From NCBI GenBank assembly GCA_035084275.1, contig CM068756.1, forward strand, positions 6,324,001 to 6,388,000: a stretch of 64,000 bases of DNA, in the 5' to 3' direction. Of this stretch, positions 41,001 through 56,000 are shown piece by piece. Under the pieces are notes generated by a model that worked only from the letters and a program-made list of their open reading frames with translations, had not been told where the DNA came from and ran no database searches. Position numbers and translations under genes: made by a program. Position 1 is the first letter of the stretch. Each line of letters opens with the position of its first letter. The DNA is from Hydrolagus colliei (lineage: Eukaryota).

Positions 41001-44000
41001 ATCCGGCACAGTCAATTAGTCGACCCTCCCCTGGAGGGTGCCGGATAAACGGTTTTTACTGTACAAAGTTTCTGGGCTTCAATCTTAGTAGACTAGACTA
41101 ATCAGCAAAAGACCTGTTTTTAACTAAAGGAAAACAATTGTTTTCCATTTTACAAACTACCAAGCAAATGTGCCCATTTCAAATAGAGATTGGGAGAAAA
41201 AAACACGCCATAATTGTATCTCATCTTTCAAAACCCAAAGTTTCCAACTTCTTTTTGACTTAGATAGAATAGAATCACAGACAAATTGTATATTTTTTAT
41301 AGCAATGTCAGCATTAGCAAACAGTAATGTGTATTGTAAACATAACGTTGTATTCAACCTGTTCACTAGCCTTTTATTACTGCAATATTAAGACACTGTA
41401 TGCGCATTCTTTTCTGTATCAAACTAATACAGGTTTCAGTTAATATCTAACAGGAGCTTGTGTGCAATTATTTTATCTCCATCCATTGCGGTTATTTAGA
41501 TTTATCCTGAAATTCCATGCTGTGGAGCAATTTTATTGTCACATTCAATTCAAAGCTCAAACCAAGCAGGAATTGGCACTTCACGTTTTTCAAAATAGTC
41601 AAGTTGATTTATAATGCATTTAAAATATATATATTATATATAAGTATTTTTTCTTGCAGCAACTGATCTTTGAATCTTGTGGAAATTTTGGTAACAGGAA
41701 ATTGAATGTAGTTGTAAATGTCTGCATTTGACTTTACAAGCAGTAGAGTACCTGAACAGAAAAACAGATATAAACTTGCATATGAATACGTACTCAAATT
41801 GTACATTTTTTAATCAATTACTGACTGATCAGCTCTACAAGGGAAACTGGAGTTTGCATTGGCTTAAAATTTACATATGGATTTGAAAATAAACTCTGAA
41901 CTGAAAAACAATCCCATTCAAGCTTTGAAAAACCTTAATTGACAATTTGACATTGCCAGCTCAAAATTATTTTGGAGGAATGGGATGGAAAATGTCAGAA
42001 AGTAATAAAGATTTGACAGGTTGGTTCTAGTTTGATTATAAAGTCTTGTAAACGTAGAGCAACAGTAAACATAGACCAACAGATAAATGTCAGTTCAAAG
42101 GCTGTAATTCAATCAAGGCATTCAGATGACGTCATAAATCACAACAGCAAAAGCTCAAGTGATTTGTGATCTGAAATATGAACCCACTGATATGATTAAA
42201 ACCTTTAATTCATCCCTTAGTATTTTACTTAGTACAGTCTATGCCTAATTTTTTAAAAGGGAGTTTCTTTACTGATGGCCCTTGGGGTAGTGAAGTGTGG
42301 CTGATGGCTGTGACAGCACAACAAATCTGGTATTCATCTGCTGAAGAATAGCTGTGTAGTGTGCTGGCTTTAATAGTACTGCAATTTCTCTGGAAGTTTA
42401 TGCTGTACAAAATACAACTTTGAAAACATTGAGCGTACACATAGGTGTTGATTTCTTCAGTTACTGATCCATGAATTAACATCCACAATTCCCCACTCAC
42501 TGAGCCACCAATGAGCCACCGAGTGACTCAGGAGTTTACTATGGGGAGATCAAACCTCATTCAATTCTAATGCACCTCTGTGGCAAAAGCCTCAGAGCAT
42601 TTAGTGCATGGTATGAGAGTCTCAAATGCTGAAGGGAGCAGAAATTATATTTACTGTGGGTCCTTAGAGAGTTTTGACAAACATATGCTCACAGGTTTCA
42701 CATTACTAAACAAATTAAAGACGGAACCTGAAATAGTAAGGATAAAGAAGAATACTGATTACTAAAAAAAAGCTCAGGACACAGGAACATTCCACACTGC
42801 TCTCAGATATTACTTAACCAGATATCAGCACAGGAATTTTAGAAACTAGATAATCTAGCAGAAAGTGGGGACAGTAAGTATTTTATGTCGCAACCTCCAT
42901 TACAGCACAACACGGTTCCTTTGATCAAGCCAAAAATCTCTATGGAGGTTTATTCCTTAAGGTTAGACATTCTTCAGCCACTTTGGAATATGCCTGTTTT
43001 AGCAGAACTCAAAACTTAAACCCATTCACATTATATTACCTAAGCATAGAATTTTCCCAACTTTATTCCAAACAGTGGCTTTTAAAAGCACCGCTGCTAA
43101 AATCAGTTAATGAAACTACAGTAAAAGCCCGTTTATACGGCACCCGCGGAACCTGGCCAATGCCGGTTAAAGCGCCTGCCGCATATTCGTGCAGCCCGCG
43201 GCCAAAAACCCACCACAAAAAAATTTAAGTTCTTTTAACACACACCATACACACCAGACTAAATAATAACAGAATATTGTATTGGTACTTATTGTTAAAA
43301 CTATTCTCTTGTGCTTCTCACCTTTACTGATTGAGGTTTACAGTCCAGCGATTCTTTTTAAAATGGAGCACGCCAAAAGGGTGAAAAAAACAGAGCGTGA
43401 CTTTAAAGCCTTACTAGCGGCAAACTGATAACCCTATACTCTACTAGCGGCAAACCGAAATACTGCACCAGCGTGACAGTGTGGGTTACCAACGAGCGTT
43501 ATCGGCTTGCCGCTAGTAAGGATTTAAAACTGCACTCCGTTTTTTTCACCCGCTTGGTGTGTCCTCCATTTTAAAAATAATCGCTGGACTATAAACCTCA
43601 ACCGCAGCATCATGGCTTCAAGCGCAGCATCTACTAGTAAAGGTGAGAATCGCAAGAGAGTAGTTTTAACAATAACAATATTCTGTTACTATCTGTTATT
43701 ATTTATGCATCTACAAATGCTCCACTGCTATTGTTCCAGCTAAGTTCCGGTTTATCGAATGGGGACTTTTTGTTGACGTGCCGGTTATAAAGTGTCGATT
43801 CATCAAGTCACGGATAAACAGGCTTCTACTGTATATGGACCCAAATCTACAGTACCAATATGAATCATTTCAAGTCCTTCACAACTATTATATAACAAGA
43901 TCAACCAGATTAAAAGAGAAACTCGAACAGGGAATATGGATGTGCAGTGAATTCCACCTTGGGGTCTCAATTCAAATCCAACCTCGTGTGAAATAATAGG

Positions 44001-47000
44001 AGTTTCTGTAATTACTGTGAAAGAGTTACACTGAATGCCTTATACTGTCACTGTCTGCAGAAGGTAGAAAAGTGTTCATTCCCTTGGATGGACATTCCTT
44101 ACTTTCATAAGTACAAAAAGCTTTCACAACTTAAAACACTTCCACAATACCTCCTTTGTACAGGCATTTTCACCAGTGTCCCAGGAGAACATAAATATAT
44201 TCTAAAAGCCCTGGGAGATTGACCTACAATGACAAGGAATTTGAGGAGGGGAGGGAGGAGAGTAATGCTCAGAAGCTGGCATATGTAGATGTAACATTTA
44301 ATAAAATGAAAGGAACGTAATTTTTTTTAATACTGAAGTTACCTCCTCTTCATTTCAGACATTTAGTACACGAAGGTATGGGCTGACAGTGCTTGCTCAA
44401 TGAGACTAATTCAGACAGGGAAACATGCAGCAGTCATTTTCGAGACAGCCTTGAATGGTATATCTATCATTGAAGTTTAGATCAATTGTGTAAAAAAAGT
44501 TAATTAAAAGACCTTATTGTCTTTATGATAGTATGTTTCATAACCATCATTTTAAACATTGACATTTACCTGTCGATTTCATCCTGTATCTTCTCCTGTG
44601 TTTCTAGTTCATCTAACCTGGCCCACAATTCCTCTTCAGTAAGCACACTTGGTTTTGTCTTGGAATCATCTTTGCTATCTTCCAGTTCTGCTACAAAAAT
44701 ATCTTTCGGCTTAAGGTTTTCTGTTATCTTATGAGCTTTTCTGCATTTTCCTGCAAGATCAGATTTTAAAAACACAACGGGTGAATTATAATTCAATTTT
44801 TTCCAAATGTCAAATACTTAATCTTTTTCTTTTACAATTTGGAAAATAATGTTTTCTCACTGTAACAATGAACAAACAGTTCATTTTAGACATCATAAAT
44901 GCTTCAGCAATTTTCAAACCTAAAATGTTAACTCTTTGAAGTCAGTATTCAAATGAGCTTTTAAAAACTTAATTATGTGGGGGGTGGGGTGGGGAGGAAG
45001 GTGGGGGGAAATAAACACACAAAAAGAAAGAAGTAATTTTGTTTGACCAATTGTTCTAAATCGGTTACAGATTGCTGGGTTGAAGAGTTTGGCTTTGGGG
45101 AAAGTATAATTATTATTTGTAATTGCACTTATTTCTAACTGAAATAATAAAAGAATTAATAATTTTATGCAACACTGAAAGATACACATTTTGAACCGGA
45201 ACAATGCCAAATTATTCACTGAATGATCTTTATTATAAAGCCCTCCACGGCCTCACCACACCCTACTGTTGCCACCTCCTATCCCCAACCAACCTGCCTG
45301 CTCCCTCCGCTCAGTGGGCTCTAGCCTCCTCCATGTCCCCCAACCCACCCGTCCCACCCTTGGCGGACGATCCTTCAGCCACTCTGCTCCTAACCTCTGG
45401 AATTCCATCCTACACTCCCTCCAATTTCCCCCCTCCCTAGCCTCTTGTCCCGCCTCAACTCAAGACCCTCCTCTTTGACAGTCCCATCGATCACCCAAAA
45501 TCCCCTCCTTTCTCTACACCCTCCCCGATCCCGTCCGCAGCTTGGGTCTGAAACATTGACGGTACAGCGCCTTGGGACATCCTCCCGATATGAAAAGCGC
45601 TATACAAGTGTAATTTTGCTGTTGTTGTTTATTGCTTCAAAATCCAAACTCTTTTATTAGAGCATTTTTTAAAAATGTTTTCCCAAACAATTTAGGAGTC
45701 CAGTTAAAAAAAATGCTGTAATAAAAGGTCCCCAAACATTTTAATGTTAAGATGGTTATACTATTCAACAAGAAGTAATCACCAATTCCAATTCACGCAA
45801 CCACAAGATTAAGGCAATGAATAAAGAAAACACAACCTAAACACAAATATGAAACAGGATATGCATTATCTTTTGTCCCTCTCAAAGTACTTTACGCCCT
45901 AGGTGTGGTTCAGAATTCAAATTGGTAATAATTGTTTTTATTTTTAAATTAAATTTAAAAACATTTAAATGAGAGCCACACATCTCTTTCAATCTTGCTT
46001 GAGTTTATGCAGTTTAAAATAAACAGAACAGAAAACAGATTTTCAATACCTTGTGAACTGAGGTCTTCAGGTTTAAGATCTTCATTCTGAATTTCCTCAT
46101 GTATTTCTACAATTTCTTTACTTTTCTATATTTGAAAATAAATAGTATTTAATAATAGTTTTAAATAAATCATTTTCTTTGGTAGCAGCTTGATAACCAT
46201 CTACAAAATGTCACACAAAATATCCTGTCAATCCACTTTACATTATATCTTGTGAAGAGCCTTGAGATGTCTCAGCGACATGATAAGGCGTTATATCAAA
46301 TGCAGAGATTATTATTATCATCATCCTCAACCACCTCCAGAATGGTGGAGTCACCTTTACAGGGGAGCTCATGACTTATTGTCTTCAGAAATTATGAGGT
46401 AAGGTTGCAGGCTCGCTGATTAAATGGAAAAAAAACTATAAAATCTGAAGAATCGACAGAAATATATGTAGAAAACAAGCAGTTTTAAAACTTCCTAAAC
46501 ATCAGATCATGAGATGTTAATAAAGTTATGAACAAATAGTAAAACTACATAATAAAAGATGTCCCATTAGCCTTCAAATAAATTCATTTGTAGCTTTCAA
46601 TGTATACACTTGTTTTGATTAGGTATATTAACGCTTCAACATAAGATCCTTAAAAATTAAAAGGACAACAAACCATAGCATTCCTAAAAGAGCCAAATAC
46701 TAGTTTTAAATTAATCTGTTCCATTTGTGAATCTTTTCCATCACACCAAATGGAACGTAAGGGAGCAAGAATCACAAAAGGTCATTCAGCTTTAACAGTA
46801 AATCTATGTTAGCTGAGCCTAATAAAATTGTAATAACTGCACATGAAAATTACCACATACATCAGCCACATTTTGCAGATCTTCAATGAACTTGACCCTA
46901 GATTCAAAGTTCTTCACTACTTTATGCAAATCATCTAGTGCTTTTTGTACATCTGAAAGGAACAACATTGATTTAGCAATATAAAGAAATATATATATTA

Positions 47001-50000
47001 CATTAACTAAGAGAAAATGAATAGTTTAAATATATGACAAATTTAAAATAAGGTAATCCTGAAGTGACGACCAACAATGATTTATGATAAAATGCTACCC
47101 AAGCAAAACGAATGACACCTAAGTTGTAGACCCACATCGTACAAAGTCTACATTCTCAAAGGGATTTTTTATGACACACTTTATTAATCTAATATGACAT
47201 CACTGCCTTTTAAAAGGACACAACAATGCAAGCTGTAATTTCAGATGGAGGGATGGTTTGGGAAAAGAAGGGTATTATTTAATGTACAACTTTGCACCCA
47301 CACATTTTCAGATAGTTGATGCTCTTATTTAGCACAGGGTTATTTGGCAATGTTATAGGGGGTTTGAGGTAATCTGTTTCATCCATGAAAAGCAGTCAAT
47401 GCTAATCATCGTGTAGATATGATGTTCTCTGTGTTTAAACACCTTGCCAAAAGGGCCTGCCCAGGGTTACATCTGAAAAATTATCTGTGGAACTATACCC
47501 TTGCTTTTAGAAGAGGAATTTAAGACTGGAATATTTGCATCACTGCTACAAAACAGCACAATTGAAACAGAACTTACTAATTCTCCTTTAAGAAGTCAAA
47601 ATGTTCAAAATGATCCAAGATCAAATATAGGTACAGCGGAACTTGGTTTATTTATTGGAGCTATGTAAATGCAATGCATCAAAACTGTAACAAAAATAAT
47701 ACTGATAAGAAATATCTACACATTATGCAGGGAAGAAGAAGGTGGCCATATACAGTAATGAGATGAAGCAATGTGCCTTTCAAGCTTCCTTAAAACCTAG
47801 CCAGCATATTTGGATTACTACACCTAATATATGGAGAATAGAGAATGAGGGATGATTTTTGAATAGAAAATGAAGGATGATTTAGAAGTAAAAATACATT
47901 TTGGTGGATGATATTGCATTTCTTGAATTCATTCATCAAAATTATGGTCTACCTGCTATACATCATTGCTCATTGTAATATCCATAATACCCATAGTATA
48001 ATTAGCAAGAAAACCTAATATAAGAAGGGTAATCAAACCATGTAACAGGATAATAAAGGTTATGTTATTTAAACAGGGGAGAATCTAATTCCCACTTTTC
48101 AGCCTCAGAGAAGAAACTCCTAGTGCACTAAAGGAAAATAAGATTTCATTAACAAGCAGGAAATTGAAAATGCATGCATTAAAATGACTGCATAAACAAA
48201 GGGAAATGATGGTGTAAACAATTCATAAAATTATAAAGCCTTGAAGTTTGATCTAGATCAAATTTCTGCAACAATTAGGCTTTTTACACAGCAGCAAATT
48301 GGTATGGTTGCCATAGCAAGGCTAAGCCCTGAAGCCATATATCTTTGATTCTGGAAAGGTCAGACTTAGACAGCCTAATAACTCAAGAACTGTTTGACAG
48401 ATTTCAACCAAGCATGGTCAAATAATAATATAAAACCATGTCTGTGGTTGTTAAATGCTGGAGGTCGGCAAAAAGGTTAAGGTTATGGAATGTTTTTGCT
48501 TAACTCAGAAAGATAATATGAATAATTATGTCTGGATCTAAGGCACAATTTAGGTGAGAGGTTAAGATACCGCATTTTTCAATAACTTTAATAAATGTTA
48601 AGCAGCCAGCCAAATCACTGGCATAATAAACTATATTAAAGTGAATCTGAAAGTGAGCAAACATTACACAAAGACGGTGGACTAAACAAATCCCATTTCA
48701 AAGATACAAAATACGGTGTGCGCTAGTTGGGCCGATTGGCCTGTTTCTGTGCTGTAATAGTCTATGTAATTCTATGTACAGTAAACTCTTCCAATACCTC
48801 AATGAATTCATCCAGTGAGAATTTGGTTCATACAGACCATTAATGTTGGTCTGATCAGAATGTTACAATTCTGATCTGCAATGAATTAGTTGATTTTAGT
48901 CAAGTAGTCAGGATACTTCAAGTGCCCTATGCTAGTGTAGTGACTGCTTTTGCAAGCAAACTCATCAACAATTTACGCAAGCAAGTTCCTAACCAACCAT
49001 GAGGCAAATGATCAATTTAGTACAGGCGTTTGTGTCAGAATTAAATAATGTCAATACAAATATTAAGCTTTCACTAAGTTGCATTGTTTACCTATAAAGC
49101 AGCTCAATGTGGATTTATTCCCTGTGTACAGATTACTCACAGTTGCCTTGAAAAACAGTTTTTTTTAAATGTGCTCAGCTCCGTTTTCCATGAGTGAAAC
49201 ATGTCTCAAGCATTGTTCCAAAATAACTCATCAATGAAATCAATTATTTGTCAACAGAATGAACAAAGCCACTCTCTGTGCAAAGTGTGAAACTACAAGC
49301 ACTTTGCTTCACCAGATAGTGAATGTGAAAGTTATACTTGATCAAAACCATTGCTATTATTGCGACATTTTACAATACAAACACTGGTCAAAACATTTAA
49401 GCAATCATTGTCTACAAACTGAGGTTCAGCAAGTTTTTGCCCAAAATGATTCAATCAATTCATTGAGGTAATTAAGTAACTGATTTTATACCACGTACTG
49501 TAACAATAGATAGCATAGAAAATTTAATTGGTGAATGTCAGATGATAAATGGAAAGAATCCCTTGAAGTGAAGCCTGAAATCACACGATTTCACCATTGG
49601 TTTCCCCATCATTCAGAGGATTCAAGACGTCGTCACCTTTAAAATCCTCCATGGCCTTGCCCAACCCTACCTCTGTGACCTCTTAACCCCCTATCAACCT
49701 GTCCCAGTCCCTCCGCTCAGCGGGCTCCGGCCTGCTCCATGTCTCCCAACCCACCATCAGCGGGCGAGCATTCAACCACTCTGTCCCCAACCTTCGGAAT
49801 TCTCTCCCGCAGTTCTCCGCCTGCCCCCTCCCTAAACTTCTTCAAGTCCCACCTGAAGACCCTCCTCTTCGACCAAGCCATCAGTCAGCCCCATTCCCCT
49901 CGCATTCCTCCACGCTCACTGATCCCGACCCAGCTCGGGTCTAAAACATTGACTGCCCAATGCCTTGGGACATCCTACCGACATGAAAGGCGCTACACAA

Positions 50001-53000
50001 TGTAATTTTGTTGTTGAAACAGAGATCACACTCATAATTTTTTTTGCTGCAGTTTTTGATCTCCAGTAATGTGCGGACAATGTGAAATAAGGTAAACTAG
50101 CAGAGCTTATTTAAAAAAGACAATTTGAAAACACATTTAGAAAAATAATTATTTTTAATACACATTAAATTCAAGCTGAAAAGGAATGCAGGTATAGAGG
50201 AATAACTTACGCTTTTTCCTGTGCTCTACCAAGTCTGCAGCTTGCTTTGCAGAACACTTTGCAAACCAGTTGTCACCCAGTAACACAGTGACTTCATTTG
50301 TATGCACTAGCTGTCCAGGCATAAATGCAAGTGGGCCAAATGGCACCTATCATAAAAACAAATTAAAACATTTACATCAGGAATTCTATGAGCTCTGCAT
50401 AGATTTAATTACATTTTGAAAATGTGCACATTGTTTTTTTAACTAGGCTTCAATATGAATACTTAATTACAGTAATAATCTGATAAAAGGGTCTCGTTTC
50501 AGTTAATACATCTACCCCACTCCCATATCTGGCTAGGTAGAAAAAGCAAACAAACTTTGATGTTGAATGCCTCAAAATGCTTCACCGGCATTTACTGTAG
50601 TGACCGTCTTTGTGGGCAAACACAACAACTGGTGAGGTGAATAACTAATTTATCCAGATGATTGTTGGCCATGGGAAAACCTCCCATCTTTTCAAACATG
50701 CCCTGGAATATTTAATGTCCATTTGGAAACATGAATGGAACCTCAGTTTAATAACTCCAAAGCAATATACGGTTATAGAGTACCTTTCACATCAGGAGGA
50801 GATCTCATAGAGGAAGGGCTTAAACTCACTACCTTCCAACTCAGAAGCCAAAGTACAACCAACTGAACTAGCCACTTTCATCCTCATATTCTGAACGCAA
50901 GAAATGCCCATTATCTTATGGGTGATTCTTCCCTCAAGTCTGGCCTCCATCCACACTGAAACAACCATTCCTGTTTTTCTCCACATTATAAAGGTCATTG
51001 TTGCTTTGAACTTTCCCCTTCTCATCCATTCCAGATTCCATTTGTGGGGTACCAATGTTTTTTGATCAAAGGATGAACAGATCATATAAATAAACAATGT
51101 TGCTGTACATTTTCAGTCCTGATAGTTTTTCTACAGATGGTGGTTGACTTGTGATCCAGCTAAAATTAATTTAAACCTCAACGGTTCCATTGAGGTTCCT
51201 CATACCTTATATCCAGGTTAAGTTACCATTGAGGTAAAAAAAACCTCTGAACATCCGAAAGCAACCACAGTTAATCTAATGACATCAAAATACCATAAAG
51301 TGTTTTAGTTTAATATCCAGAAGTGTTACATCAATAAAAATGGAAAACAAAAATTGGCAGTTGGAATGAGATATTATAGTTTAAATTGTTAATAACTACT
51401 GTAAATACCCGCGTATAGGGCGCACTCGCGTATAAGGCGCACCCCCCACTTTTGACCTTTTCTTGGTGAAAAAAAACGGAAGCATTTTCGATGATATTGC
51501 CGGCAGAAGGGAGGGAGGCANNNNNNNNNNNNNNNNNNNNNNNNNNNNNNNNNNNNNNNNNNNNNNNNNNNNNNNNNNNNNNNNNNNNNNNNNNNNNNNN
51601 NNNNNNNNNNNNNNNNNNNNNNNNNNNNNNNNNNNNNNNNNNNNNNNNNNNNNNNNNNNNNNNNNNNNNNNNNNNNNNNNNNNNNNNNNNNNNNNNNNNN
51701 NNNNNNNNNNNNNNNNNNNNNNNNNNNNNNNNNNNNNNNNNNNNNNNNNNNNNNNNNNNNNNNNNNNNNNNNNNNNNNNNNNNNNNNNNNNNNNNNNNNN
51801 NNNNNNNNNNNNNNNNNNNNNNNNNNNNNNNNNNNNNNNNNNNNNNNNNNNNNNNNNNNNNNNNNNNNNNNNNNNNNNNNNNNNNNNNNNNNNNNNNNNN
51901 NNNNNNNNGGCAGCAAGCACAGCACTGAAGTCCTCTGCTGCTGCCGCTGCCCGGGCGGCCGAGGCCAAAGCCGCATCACCTGCTCCCCCCAACCGCCGCC
52001 GGACAGTGACCAAAGCCCGGCTGACAGCGCACGGGCCGCCCCTCCTGTTTACTGTATTTCCTAGGCTAAAAATTTATTGTACCTGCGTATAGGGCGCACC
52101 CACAACTTTCGAGATCTTCCGACGTGAAAAAAAGTGCGCCTTATACGCGGGTATTTACGGTAAACAAATACAATTAAAAACACTTGCATAGACATCCACA
52201 TTTTGTGAAACAGTTCGAAATCAAATGCTTTAAAATAACTAATAAAAAATGACAGTCACTTGAAAGGATGAATGGACACTAATGCTTTCCTGATCCTGCA
52301 AGAGAAATCTGCTGTTATTGGAAATATTAAAGCCAGCTAGAATATACTCAACAATGTCAATCATTAAAATGAATAAGCCACTTGTCTGTATTTTTACTTT
52401 GTAATATTACAGTAAAAGCCTGTTTATCCGTGACCTGATCAACCGCAACTTCCGTATAACCAGCACCTCAAAAAAAGGTCCTCATTCGATTAACCGTAAT
52501 TTATCCGGCACAATGCATTTTTTTAAAAAAACTTTTGTGTGTGTGTTTTCGGCCAAATATCCGGCATGCGCTTTAACCGGCATTGGCCAGGTCCTGAGGG
52601 TGCCAGATAAACGGGCTTTTACTGTACTATCAATATGTTCCCAAAAGTCATGAAATAGACTCGCCTCCAAGAGAAAATTTATGGTGAGTTTGCAAGCAAG
52701 ACGCTGTGTAATCTATATTCTCAGTTCCTATAAACATAAAAGGTGTTAAAAGAAAGTCTGACTATATCCTTCAAACTAAAAGGGTACACACTCACAGAGA
52801 ATCAACCTCAAGACAAGCAATCTAGTCAGAAAACAGGCAATTCTTTTTTATCTAAAATATGAAGCCATTATTGTTACAGAACAAAACATTTTTTATATCA
52901 GTAACCAATGAGGCATGAGTCAAATGAATTACTGCTTCAATTGGTGATAAAAGTATTGCTGATTTCACCTTTAATTTGGAATTTCATATAGACTATTCTA

Positions 53001-56000
53001 AGCTTTTCAGATTGCTTGTGAGCAACTTTGATGAGGGAGATATGAGGTAATTCTGCAATATTATGCATCTACACCTATTATGCATGCAATTACAAGGGCA
53101 CGTAATTGGATAATTCCCTAGGGTGTAACTTAAACACATAAAGAAAGGCCATTTAGGCAAAGTACCAGTGGGGACCTGTGGAACCAAGCTGCCAGCATGT
53201 CACCACATTTGCACATAGAAACACTCAAGCGATAAGATGCAGGAAACTCATGCTACATCATTTCCCAATCCAACATGGGAGGAGGGGAAGAGGTTAAAAC
53301 AAAAATGACAAAATTTGCACCTACCATAACATCATAGGACAGTTTGTCAGGCAAAGTCTTTAGTCTTTCTTGAAGTGCTTCATAGTCACTTTGCACCTTA
53401 TTCCTAAGCAAAGAATAGTTTGTTAAATGTTTGGGATTTCATTTTTAATTGTTTAAACATTTCACAAAATGCACACAAATAAATTAACTGTGCAATTTTT
53501 CTATTATTTGTTTTCAAGGAACACTCAACACTTACCAATCATAAATAAGACCAGCTAACTAATGTGCTGGTTCATCTGCTTTACAGAATGTAACTGTAAT
53601 TGAAGAAATACTCATACTACTTTAATCGAGCCTCAAGAGCCTAGGCAACTAATATACCTTAGTCAACACTGTTATGTTTGGACAAATGTCCATTGAATGA
53701 TCTACCTCTCAGAAAAGCAAAAAACAATAAAATTCCATTAAAAAATTTACACGAACACTCTAGCAATCAAACAGATTGCATTTTAGAAATTAATCAAATT
53801 AGAATTTCAACTTACTATCACTGTCAAAATTAATTCATAAAAATTTGTTTTAAAATTTATGGTTGACAGTGATGATGCCAACCTGACACAACTGAATGCA
53901 ATCTGGGAACAAAGGAAGATTTTTATTGCTTAATTCCTTAATTGCATAAAGGAAGCTATTCCCAAGAAAATCATAGGTTGTATGCAGGTAGTTATCTGTT
54001 AAATAGAAGAGATGATGCTTTTCCTGCCACATTTTAAATGATGGATATATATGGGGAAATAAACAATGATTATGGATTTTCAGTAGAACAAAAAACGTAT
54101 AACAGAAGGGAAAGTTTGGTTATAACCCAGGCTCATGTATTTGCTTTGCAGCAATAAGGGCCTACAATGTAAGTATGATTTGAACAATATTTTAAATTAA
54201 GGAGGAGATATTCCACAAATTATGCTTTCAATTCAATTCACCCAAAAAGATGCTTTTGGGATGATGTTTGCAATTCGGCCATTCTTTATTTGTGAAATAT
54301 GTAGCATGAAGCAGGCTAGATTATTCAGGAAGGGCAGATGTGAACTATATAAATGAGACTTATTTATCCTTATCAGATAACCATCCATGACTTGGAACTG
54401 GGACATGGACACAGGCTGATTTTCCCCTTTACCCACACTAAAATGCTGTCCATAATCAAGTTTGAAACTGTGACTTCCCTGTAGGATGTGAATAATTGAT
54501 ACTAATACTTATATTAATTTTTCTGTGATTTTTTTTAAAAAGTAGCAAAAATATTAAAGAACTTTTGTTTAATCTACTGTAAACAAGATTAAACTACTTT
54601 TTTTCTGAACACAAATGTTTTTATTGGCTTCACTATTCCCAAAACAAGAAAACAGTGATCAGCAATTACTCACTCAGCCCCACTTATTTCAAGTCCTCAG
54701 TAAAATTAGTTTAGACTCTGCTATTTTGTGATATTTCATAGCTAGTTCAAAAGATGGTTACTGCACGAAATGAGGTACAGACAACTAATGGAACTGTGCT
54801 TCTTATTTCAGCCTGTCGCTAGAATACATGGCTAAGATGGAAAATAAATGTACTCTATATCTAGCTTGACAATTATTTTTCAGTTGAAGGCAAATCATTT
54901 ATTTACCATAAAGCCTGCATTACCAATTGTCAAATAGAACTAATCATATTTCTTCAATAAACCAATAGGAAATAGAATTCGGTAGAGTGAGTGAGCAATT
55001 TACGCAAGATTTGTTTTTCAAAAATCACTGTTGACTTAGGTTAGTTATTCATTTTGTTTATTGGATAAGTGATATCACACAATTTACACAAAAGATAAAT
55101 GTTACCAAATTGTTGCTGCTGAACTTTAAAAACATTATTAATTCCAATATTTATAGTTGGAAGATTTATTGGAACATTTGGACTTACCAATGCTGAATTT
55201 TTTCCGTGCAGCTTGAAACTACCTGTTATTAAAATAGACAACTGCTCATAAAAAGCAATGTCGAGAATTCCAAGTACTGTAAACATGAGTGCAACATACA
55301 ACAATAGTAAAATAAATTTATCAGAATAACAAAGGCATTTGGAAACAAAAGTTACTGTTATATGGAACATATTTTGCTTGGTGATATAAAACACTACACC
55401 ATACGTGAAGGCAAGGTAAAAGTACACAACAAAATTCCCCTTTAACATCAGTTTACATCCTTCACTCGGCTTATAAAAAGGGGAGAATGGGAACTACGAA
55501 ATACTCGTTCAATCTATAGAAACATCTCTATTCACAGAATCTATAATCTGCTTTGCCAAAATAACCTGTTTTTCATAAGAATACAGAGTAGGAGCAGGCC
55601 ATTCAGCCCCTCGAGCCTGCCCCTTTATATTGCATTTTATAAATAGGTCATGGAAAATACTAAAATACAAACATTTATTAATCTAAAATATAATCTGAAA
55701 TCTTCAAATGTTTGGGGTCAACCAAGTGTCTGACTGATGCATGCAGATACCAATTACCATACTTCAAAAAATATATAAACCAGAGTTTTACGTGTGCATC
55801 CCATCTATGTATGGAAATTGCTATACAGTGCACTATTGTTGTAAATCTTTGTTGAGGAAATCAAAGATATACACTTGCAATATGGTAGGATAAGTACACA
55901 ATATTCCTGATGAGTCATTTGACTTATCAAAATAATACAATGCCTTGGGACGTCTTCCCGACGTGAAAGGCACACTATAAATGTAATTTTGTTGTTTTGT

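Noticed and set aside
51389-52092. ORFs of 145-209 aa
   Set aside because: Artefacts of reading through the N gap inside a DNA transposon.
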